Below the pieces are notes generated by a model. It saw nothing but the letters and a program-made list of their open reading frames with translations. It had not been told where the DNA came from and did no database searches. The translations under genes and the position numbers were made by a program. This document shows, piece by piece, positions 25,751-36,500 of a stretch of DNA of 64,000 nt (its first letter is position 1; each line of letters opens with the position of its first letter). The stretch comes from Asterias rubens (lineage: Eukaryota): positions 17,980,001-18,044,000 of the forward strand of contig NC_047068.1 in NCBI RefSeq assembly GCF_902459465.1. Direction: 5' to 3'.

Positions 25751-25758
25751 TATATAAA
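25751..25758 (+). promoter_or_regulatory. Candidate TATA box of paralog 2
   Basis: TATATAAA about 160 nt upstream of ATG 25915, in a CpG-containing context. Confidence 0.4.
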
Positions 25759-25914
25759 CGTGTCTCTTATATTATTGCTCCGTGAAAATATTGTGTAAAC
25801 ATTGACATACTCGGGTTAAATAACACTACAGGGGAGAGCCGTTTTATTTGGAGAATCCTCTATTACAACAAGAACGTCATCAAAAGGATAACTGTACAGT
25901 TATTGTTTATTGTC

Positions 25915-26981
25915 ATGAGAGACGCAGGAGGACACGAAGGAGGCTCCCCAGATGGTGTCCGTAACCATCACGATGGAAACACTGGCTTTTGCAACTTCCT
26001 CTGTGCCGCCAAGCCTCTCATAAACAGGTTTTCTTGCAGTTTGATATGCTTTGCTGCTGGTTTCGGATTAATAATTTATGGGATAGTGAGCTACATAAGT
26101 CTAGCACATGTGAGTCCCGGTGTAGCTTGGCAGCGTTTTATGTATATCGGCATCGGTGCTTTGACGATAGGAACCGGTGCTCTTGCTTTAGGGAGACTGT
26201 GCTGTCTTTACCGAACGTATCGACGCCATGAGCAGACAACGCCAAATGTTGCCCTACATGGGAACTTGGGCCCACGACAGCCACAAGTATGGATAGCCGG
26301 TGGACAGACGACACCCAACCACCCTTACGGACCTGGGCAACAACATCCCCAACATGGGTGTCCTCCAGTAGGTTCGCAGTATCCTACAGGGGCATACCCT
26401 CAACAACAACCCCATCCCCAAGCAGGGGGTGCGGTGCCGACACCCAACCTACCTTACGGACCTGGACAACAACAGCCCCAATATCCTCCTCCAGCAACAG
26501 TGGGTCCGCAGTATCCTTCAGGGGCGTACCCTCGACAACAACCCTATCCCCAAGCAGGCCTGGGAGTGGTGCCGCTCAATCAGCAAAACACACCTGTACA
26601 GACAGGTGTATCATATGGGTATGTGCATTATAAAGTGTAAAAGTATGGTGTTTGTGCTAAGTATTTAGCAAAATCCTGTTTTGTGCATGTTTTAAAATAT
26701 TATACAGTTTCGCCCACGCCTCCCCACGGCAACAGATATAGCCAAAGTTTGTGTTTGTTTGTTTATTTTTGGTATGTTGTTTGTTTAGTTTGTGTGTACA
26801 ACTATTACTGTAAGTAATGTTGAACATTGATTCAAGCAGTGTCTGTTTTGTGCTTTATAGGTACTCATCACATCCAGGGTACCCGCCCAATGCCCACCAT
26901 GCGCAAGAGCCACCACCTACACCATCATCACCACCTCCTGCTTATGACGATGCAGTTAAAAATGAGCAAAATGAAATATAA
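25915..26981 (+). CDS. Unnamed 2-TM membrane protein with Pro/Tyr/Gln-rich PPxY tail (paralog 2), 274 aa
   Basis: Exon 1 25915-26618 ends gg|gtatgt. Exon 2 26861-26981 follows tttatag| in phase 2 and encodes ...SSPPPAYDDAVKNEQNEI*. The TM region aligns to paralog 1 (FAAGFGLIIYGI / FGFGIGLMLYGI; WQRFMYIGIG / WQGFSFIGIG). Confidence 0.85.
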
Positions 26982-28642
26982 ATCACGTCATTTTACGCCC
27001 CTCTTTATGTACATAGGGAAAGTGCGCCGTTTTAATTACAGAGTAAATTTATTAACTCATGTTTCCCTTGTTTTCAAAAAGCAACACCCAGTCGACAAAC
27101 CGTGAAAGTATGTCATCATCGCTCAAGTTTTACTGGGGAAACAAATGTTTGATTAGAGGGTTTTTATAAGACGCTCGTCACCGCAACAATGGAAAGCAAA
27201 TCTTCCTACAACACTATCGGGGGAACTGAAAACAAACACAGCTTTTGTCTCCTGTTGCAAAAACATTGCGCCCTCTCCTAGTATTTCTTTTGACGACGAT
27301 GTATACCATAGGCCTACTGATTGAAACGTAGAGTTCTTGCACATCTGGTTCTTTTCAAAACCAACACAGCTTATAAAATGATAACATGAACATTAAGTCT
27401 TTATATAGTTTTGATTCCCAGATTACCATGCTAAAAAAACCACATAAAACTTGATCATCTTCCTATACCCCAGGTACTATAGCCTAATGACTGTTATCCC
27501 AAAGACTACATCAACATAACCATGTTCAAAAGAAATATTTTTGAACTATTGTTGTTGTTTGTTCAGTTAAACATTGTCAAGCATTTTCCCACATCCTACA
27601 ATCTGTCTTGGAGAATGTTCTCGAAAGCATTCGCTTATTATTTGCAATTATAGGCAATTCACAAACGAAGAAAACATAGCATTCCTTAGTTGCTATTTAG
27701 CCATATCTACATAGTTCTGTTCAACATGTTTATTTTTTTGTCCTATAACTAAAAATTTATTTGCAATTACGTGTATTGTTATCGTGCTTTGTGACATTGC
27801 CGAAAATAATGTAATTCTTATGATCTCTATTGCTCGTAGATTCGTGTGTGTTTATACACCAAGGCATTACATGTATACATGTACATGTTGCGGATGACAA
27901 GTGTACAATTCCTATAAATTTTCTTTGACAATCAAAGAAATTAGCATACCAATACACGCTCGTTGACATTGTATAACAGATGTTCCAGACAGAGAGTTTA
28001 CATAATATTAAATGAGTGTTAATCCGAAGGCTTTAGTGAATGGCATTGTTTATAACAAAAGGCAACGTTCACATAGTTTGGAGTTCATAAGCACTACCAT
28101 GGAGCTATAAAAAGGAATGCTCATGTGAGACTGGAGGAGTATAGAAACATTTTGCATGTGTCCTAACGCGACACATGTAGAAATCAGAACTTGTACACTC
28201 AATATCTCAAGACTAAAATGAATAATAATATTTTCTTACCGTACCCTCATCATCCAGCAACGAGCTTCATTTTCGTTATGTCAGCCACTTCCAAAGACAA
28301 CAACCAGCACAACCAAAATGTCTCTTGAATAATAATTATTTGACCTGAGCCGTTGTTGCTGCCGTTTCAAGCTGTGGGCTCCTGTCCAGTTTCAGTTCCG
28401 TATGTCTTTGATGCTGTTCACCGATACCTTTTGACACATGGGAGTAACACAATTATTACATTTTATATGGAAGAATAAACAACAATGTTACTAAATAATT
28501 TAAAGGTGAATAAATTATCTTTGTGTGGTAATTTTTTATGTGTCTTACAATAAGCTTGTTGTCACCATAAAATATTTAATTTAAGGAATACATGTAGTTA
28601 GAAACCAGTGTTCACTTGAAGTTGTGTACGCTAATGACCATC

Positions 28643-28780
28643 AGGGTCCAATTTCTTAAAGCATGTAACGGTAAGAACAAAACACAGCTTAGCACAGAAA
28701 AGTATCGCTTAACACTGGCGACTGACTGATGCCCCAATAATTTTATTATATGCTGCTTCAGCTTTATGGAATTGGGCCCT
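28643..28780. mobile_element. Short GGGCCC-family MITE
   Basis: agggtccaatttcttaaagc ... gctttatggaattgggccct inverted ends. Confidence 0.7.
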
Positions 28781-29978
28781 ATACTGGGTCAAAAATGTTT
28801 TCATTTTACCACTCAAGTTCGAGAAGTTTATCTGAAAACAGTGAACACTGGAGCGAGAAATGTGTCTGGGCCTACACAGTACACAGACACTCATTCATAA
28901 TTTACACAATGGAGCAATATTATGCTTACACACTGAGCAAATGGTAACAAACACCATTGGACGACGAAAGTTGGTTGTTACTGAAAACTAAAATTAATGA
29001 TACAAAAACGAATGTTTATGGGCCTATCTATAGACCTACTCTTCCAAAATAATGTGTCCCACTTGTATTACACCCATCCTGTCCATGCACAGAGTCTGTA
29101 CCGCTGTAGACTCATGTCACTCGACCATCGAATTCCGGCTCCAAATACCGGCGAAATTGGTTCAGTATTGCCCCTTACAAAGCCCCGTGTAAGACTGCAG
29201 GGAGAGAAACAAAGAACTCACATAAACTTACTTTGTGAAAATCTTGGTTTCCCGTTAAGAGCTAGAAGAAATTTTGTCTCCTTCGTTCCCGAGTAATTGA
29301 TTTAAACTTCACTGAAAATTGCGCACTTCTTCTTCACGGTCAAGTTGCAGACAACATAAGAATGTAGTGCGAGAACCGTGTCACTCTTGTGTGATTGCGC
29401 CGTAAAACTATGCCTAATTATGAAGTTGGAGTCAAAGTAAAGATGGTTAGATAATAATCTTGTTTGAAATTCTATTTAGGAAATAATTTGCAAAGAAATT
29501 AGTAAAAAGGTCTTCTATGTGATATTTTAAGAAACTTCGTAGAGGCACTACTTACCAGTATGAGCGGATGAATAAGCCAAAGGAGTACGGTAAACACACG
29601 AAAGACCTTACACTGGTCCCCTGTCTCAATCCGTACTACTTTCCACTTAACTTTGAGGGACTACCATGCACCTGTTGTTGATTGGTCGACGAAGATGGTT
29701 ATTTTGTTTTAGTAAACATTCAGATTTGTTCTATTATAAGTGCAAATACAAAATGTCCCCTCCTTTTACACTGTACACATCGGAGGTAGATTTTATTGTC
29801 GATAAACGTGCGATAAAAGTAATACAAACGGGAAGATTCTCAACATTATTTTGTGTAAAGTGCGCCCTCAATCGAGTAAAAGAATTCCCTTCCCATCATG
29901 CAGTGTTCTGACGACCGCCATTTTCAATTCGAGTTTCTAAACAAACACAGGGCAGTGTAACAAACTATTGTTTTGAAA

Positions 29979-31893
29979 ATGAGTACGCCTAGTGAAGTTT
30001 CAACCCCCGCAGGGGATAATAATGCCAAGGAGTTAAACGATTTCCTCATGAATACAGAAGAGCAACGGCTGGCATCTTTTTCAGACTGGCCGTTTGAGAA
30101 CGACTGCAACTGCATCCCGAGCAAGGTTTGTTATTTTATGATTTTTTGTTTTGAATTCGAATTCATGAATTCTGAATAATTGTGATGTCTGAACTGACCG
30201 CTGTCTGTGATTCTTTTTGTTGACACGTACGACTGTCCGACTGTCATGAGTGTGACTGACTGTAGAATGTATAGTGTACTGAAGTTTATTTTTATTTCAA
30301 ACAACAATTTGTAAACCTCCACATGTGGCACAAGTCATGTATATTGTATTCTGGATTTCTTCTAAGCTGTAGCGATTAGGCTTAAGTTTCAAATGTTATT
30401 GTTTGGGTAACTGTATTGTGTATGGATGCTATTGTATTTAGCGCCATGGATGAGCACTTTCATCCTGTTCATAGATTTGTGTACTTCATAATTTTATTTT
30501 ATTTTATTATTAACTATCTCTATTGATTTATCTTTCTAGATGGCAGCAGCTGGGTTTTACCACAGCCCAACTCCTCAAGAGCCAGACTTGGTTCGATGCT
30601 TTATGTGCTGCAAGGAACTTGACGGATGGGAACCATCAGATGATCCGATGTTAGTATAAAGAATATGTGAAAATCTGAATGTGTCTGACCATTATTTTAA
30701 TTTGTTACTTGTTTATTTATTTATCTATTTATTTAGTTTCTATTTTGTAATGTTTTGTGGAAGGTTAAGATTGTGAATTTGTGTCATATTAAGAGAACTT
30801 AGAGAAGTTGTGTTATAAACAGCAATGGTTGTTGTTAAGCAAATGTAAAACAGGTGGAAGTATAGGGATCTGGACAGGGCTCAAATTTGAGAGGAAAATA
30901 AATCACAAATTGTGTACAAAATTTGATTAACAATCGTAGACCAGATTCAAAATGACTTGAACAAGCTCTGCTTCAACACTCCAGAGAATGACTTGACAGA
31001 TGTTTTATCAGAGTCATTGTTGAAATTGTTTACAAAAATATTACAAAACAATGATTAGGTCTAATGTTAAACATGCTAAAAGGCCCAATGCTAAAAGTAC
31101 TGACATCGGGCCTGTGGTCCAGTGTTAATCTCAAGCCCTGAGATCACTCCACTAAAAGTGACCGACGATAATAAAACATACCTACAGAATCCGCTCTTAA
31201 TATATCTTCATTCTATGCTTTCTTCTTATACAGGGAGGAGCATAAATCCCATGCTCCGAAGTGTGCCTTCATTAACATAAAAAAGGACAAGGATATGACA
31301 ATTGCAGAGTTCTTGAAGTTAGAATCGGCTAGACAGCAAAACAGGGTTGTAAGTACATACAGAAGAAATCTCATTGGGGAGCGGGGCTGCAGTCTGCCAC
31401 ATTTCTTTTAAATTTTAACTGAATTAGATGGCTTTAAGCAAGGAGGCTTGAGGTTTAGGCAGGGCAGCTTTCTTTGTAAAGAGCTGGACACTATGTAAAA
31501 TGTACAATTTTACGTTACAGGTTTTATGGCTTTTGTCTTGCACCCTCAACGAAAGATATTGGCAAAATAGGGAGACCACTTTCAAAAATGGTCGATTGGT
31601 CGGCACCATCAGTTTCCCAAATATAACTTTTGCAGTGTCCGTCGTACCTCAAAATGGGCCAACTGGCTTAATGTGTAGAGCACCAGCACATTAATACAGG
31701 TGTCTCAGGTTCAAATCCTGCTGTTGTAATAGACTTTATTTCTTTGTTTAACCCAGAAGTCTGGAAGTGTCTCATCCCTAGAAATGGTTGTTTTTTGTTG
31801 CAGAAAGGAGGGGTTGAGAGTCGGAAGAAAGAGTTCAGTTACGAAGCACAGAAGACAAGAGAGGAGATTGAGAACATGGCTTGCATGAATTGA
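29979..31893 (+). CDS. BIRC5: Survivin (single-BIR IAP), 153 aa, 4 exons
   Basis: Exons 29979-30125, 30540-30649, 31234-31348, 31804-31893; phases consistent. BIR motif [44 protein letters not shown] with CCHC zinc ligands, then a C-terminal helix. Confidence 0.95.
31658..31745 (+). mobile_element. tRNA-derived SINE head in survivin intron 3
   Basis: tggcttaatgtgtagagcacc (A-box-like) and ggttcaaatcc (B-box, 31708-31718); stems degenerate. Confidence 0.6.
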
Positions 31894-33364
31894 ATGTCTA
31901 CACCTTTGCCATGAGGCGGCCATCTTGCGTTCTCCCATTCAAATCAATGTAACCAAACTGAGGCTGGCAGGAGAAATAGTCTGGTTCCTTTTTGTACATG
32001 TAATGTCAGCATCAATTACTGTATGTGATACAGGGGAAATGACCAAGATGGTGCCAGATAAGTGTCATGGTCAAGGGCTGCAGAATTTAAGTTTATATCT
32101 CAATGGAGTATTTTTTGTGACTCTTATTTTTGAACTATTTGTTGTCTCTTGCAGATTAAAAACTTGTTTGTTTTAACTCTGCCATTTTATATACACATGA
32201 ATCAAGCAAATCTGTTGGTTCTGCCGTGTGTTTTACATTTATTTTAATTGTGTTAATTTTATATTCAGTAAACTAGATTTATTCAAACCCTAATAAATTT
32301 GGTGTAAAAAGTCCCCCCCCCCCCCCATTTAAATATTTATAATTAGCTGGGAGACTGTAGTGGGCAGTTTGTTACTCTGTCATGTATAATTGTTAATTTT
32401 GAGGATGTTTAGGTCACTGTCACTAAACCTAACCCTAACCACACTGTAAGCGATGCATTTTTGTAGGCGAGTTGGCTGTTTGTAGTTAGAAGTTGGCCGA
32501 TACCAAATTTGAAAAAACCAGTGATTTCATTAAAAAAACATCTTTTTGTAAATAAGAAGCGTGTGGTTTGATGATCTTTTGTAGCGTTTGTCATGTTTGC
32601 AATGCATTGTCTCTTTTGTTTAACCTTGTCCTTTTGGTCTTGCCTGTTTTTTCAAAACTAACTACCCAAAACAAACACAAAAAGACATTCTGTGTGATGT
32701 TGAATTATTAAAATTTTATTTACTGTACAGAACTCGGACTGATGTATTACTTGCTTTGAAGTCAGTGAGAGTCATAGTAATTGCTTTCAAAAACTGACGG
32801 CCAAAAGTACTGAGTGCTTTCACTCATGGAAATTACAACCAAACAAAGTTAAATATCAACATGTACTCCTTTCTGTGCCCATACTTGAAGACATAACATA
32901 TAACAATCATCTTGGCTGTAACTGCAGATTGAAGAAACATAAGTATCGTTTTGTTTACATTCCAACTTGAGAGATCGATTAAATTCAACTCTATATAAAA
33001 ATGCCCCAATTCTGATGTACTTTCATTATAGAAAAAGGACTTAATTTACAATAGGCAAAAGCTCAAGTTATGTAAGCTTGAAATCAATCCAGTCTTATAT
33101 CACAGTATACCTACAATGTATATGGTTTGGGTAAATTTGTCTGTGGACAGCCAAACCAAACGGCGCTCCCATAATGTACACCATACCTCAGAGACTGGTA
33201 TTGCCCAAACGCAGGCCTGATAACATATGATAAAAGACACTTCAAAGTACATTTAAAAAGATTGCATACTGTAAGATAGTGGCACTTTCGGAATACACAA
33301 CGTAAATCAGATGTTCCACCTTTGCACTAAAAGAGTTTGTACTGATTTTCTTAGATGATATGTT

Positions 33365-33510
33365 CAAGCCTGGTTTTTCATATGTGAGAGGGCAGGGCAT
33401 CATTATTGGAAAATCTGAAGTCCATTGGAAACCTTTTAAGGGGCACCAAGGCCAAGACCAGGGTAATAAAGGCCATGGACTTTTGCTGTTTCTGTGTAAT
33501 TCCAGGCGTG
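33365..33510 (+). mobile_element. CAGG-ended MITE family C copy
   Basis: caagcctgg...aaggggcaccaaggccaagaccaggg...aattccaggcgtg. Confidence 0.65.
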
Positions 33511-33571
33511 GCACTCCACTCAATATACATGTCAATGTGTTTTTAAATATATAATATTATCTCAAGATCAA

Positions 33572-36500
33572 TTAACTTCTGCCAGATCTAGCCTCATCAA
33601 TTTTCCGTCGGACTCCGGAGCATGTGAGAGTCAGCTCAGCGTGTTGGCGCTTCAAGCTCTCCAGTTTTCCCCTCAGCTGGTCACCTTCATCCTTACGATC
33701 CTCAAAGTCACGTAGTAACGGCGTGTTACCGAGTAGTCCTGATTTCTGTCTGAGCTTTTGGTTATCGATTCTCAGGCTGTCTCTCGCCTTCTTCGTCCTG
33801 GATAGAACGTCTCTTTTCTGCCGAGGAGAAATATTTTTGAATTACTGAGGGTTTTAATTGAAACTGAGGAAAAAATGAGTGATGAGAGCTCTGTGACTTT
33901 AAGGGCCTTGTCATAGGAGGTAAATTTTCCAGCAATCAAGATTGATTAGCAGTTGAGATTGATACACAGTTAAGCCCAACCTTAGCTTTTTGTGAAATAG
34001 GCCCCTGGGCTTATGAATGCTCCCAAAAATAGGAAATAGGAAAAAGTAGTTTGGGACCAATTTGATCCCACGTACATTATTTAATGCGTGAAGGAAATAA
34101 TACTTTGCTTTTGGTCCCAATGTTCAAAGACATGCAATCCTCTTATGCAAATGAGAGGCTGTTGAGTTTTAACCCCTGACCTACCTGAGCAACCAATGAC
34201 TCTACTTCCTTCAGTTTGCCCTTTTGAACCTGGTTCTCGGCCTGTACAAACTGCAGTTTCTCCTTGACGTGGGTCAGCACCTGGACTGTGCTTGTAATCT
34301 TCTTGCGAAGCTTCAGAAGTTCCTAGTTATACACGAACAATAAATACAACATTTAAGTACCATTCATTCACATACATGTGCATGAATATTATAACACAAG
34401 GCAATTTTGTGTGTATAAATGCCCACAAGCCAAGTTTCAAAGCTCTGCTTACCACCCAATTTCGCACTGTCAATCACCATATGACAATTCTCCGCTTACT
34501 GCGCGTATTAGCGAAGCATGTCTAGTAGCTTTGAGTATGCACGCGAGGAAGCGAAAATTCCCTGCTTACCTGTGAAATACGCTTGCATAAATGTGGAATT
34601 CCATCCGTGCTTTCATAAGCGCCAATTTTATGCTTACGGTCCAAAACCATGAAATTGGGCTCTGTTTGTAAGTCATTGTTATTCAACGTTGCTACTTTGA
34701 TGCAGTGATTTCACACTAAACCTACCTCGTTCCTCTCTTCAATCTTCTCATTATACGTCTGGTTCTCAATCTTAAGCTGCTCAAAGTCAATAAGATGCAG
34801 TCCTTCAGCAAGCTCCTCCTTAGCCTTGAGCTGCTGCTCGCGCTTCCTCAGTCGATTCCTCAGCTTAATGTTCTCCAGTCTTACTTGCTTGACCTCCTCC
34901 TCCTTCCGAGCCTCATTCAAGAGATACTGCTCTGTATCCTGTAAAGCATCGAGAAAATAATTTAATTTGTAATCTGATAAACGGGGTAATGGAACCAGGC
35001 CTGGAATTACACAGAGGCCACTGAGGGAATGCCCCTGTTCGTGCTGTGAACAGGGGCCAATTTCATAGAGCTCCTTAGCACAAGTAAAAGCAAGATGCCA
35101 GTCAGAAATGGTACAGCGTCATGGTGCTTTGGCTGGGAAGTTTACAAAAAAACTGCTCAAGTACAAAACAATCCTGCTAACTTGAAAAAGGTTATTAAAA
35201 CCAAAACCCCATATTATGCACCATTTGGAACTGGTAGCCTGCTTATTTTTGCTTAGCAAAAAATTATGAAGGAAAATATTCTGCTTAAGTAGCTCTATCA
35301 AATTGGGCCCAAGGTAAGAAGTTGTAAGAAGTTGTTTGCTCTAGGTCTGCTTGCCAAAAGTGGACGCCAACGAACCTTTGGAGTGATGGCTTTCCCTGTG
35401 CGGCTATTGATAGCGATTTCAGCCGACTGTTGTTTGAGCACGGTGAACTGATTGGTCTCATGCTCCACAGCATCCAGCTTGTCTGTACGACGTTCCTTCA
35501 GGTCCTCCAGCTGGAGGCTCAGGTTCTCACGCTCTTCTTCCTCTTGCTTCCGAAGCTCTTCAAGATTCGCTGTTGGGGAAAAATGCTGAATGGTTTTTAT
35601 GGAAGCAGGGCCGGAATTTGAGAGAAAAAAATACAAGACCACAGGGCTTGTTCCTGAAAATGTTTACTGGACTAAAATTGTTTTTTCAAGACCCAAATTA
35701 TAATGATGGCATAATTTTAAAGTGAGAGATCTCCTGCACTATGCATTTAACTCTTCCATGCACCATTTTAGTGATAAATTGTTCATATGGATCAAAAGTT
35801 GTTTATTTATTTTTTGCTTATGACGACCCCAAAAACACAAGTCGCAAAGGCATCACCAAAGCGTCCTCATTCTAAAAACTGTGTGGTCGTGCAATCTTTG
35901 TTTTTCGTTTGACAACCTTTTTTTAAAAGAATTTTAAACTGGCAACTGTCATCAAAAGCAATGACTTCCAGTGGCTCTTCTCAGAACCGCCACTCCTCCC
36001 ATAAAAAATGTCAACAATTTACTGCTATTGACCCCTTGCTCGCGCGTCACACGCAGTGAATGATCCGTGCTCACCTAAAACTCCTAAAACACACACTTTC
36101 ACTGCATTACGCACATAATAGAGTTATATATAAAAACGTACAGTGAAATTGCCCACCAGTGTGGCGCATTCAAGACTTTTTTTGATGATGACATCAGGTG
36201 AAATGGGTCAATAGGCCCTAGTCCTTTTAATGAATTGCAGTTTCGGCAAAACAGATAACTATTTTTTTTTGCAAGGCTGTTGTCAACCAGGAAGGTTGTA
36301 CACTCACACATATATTTCAGATATCGCTGTTCCTGGTCTGTGACGTTCTTATCCATGTCTTGGCGTTGATCATCAGTCTTCTTTTTTCGGAAGTACTCTG
36401 CCAACTTATGTTGGAGCTGAACGTTCTGGCCATGTAGCTGCTCTCTGTCACTCATACAGGCCTGAGAAAGAAAATAAATTAGTTAGTCATTCAGATACCC

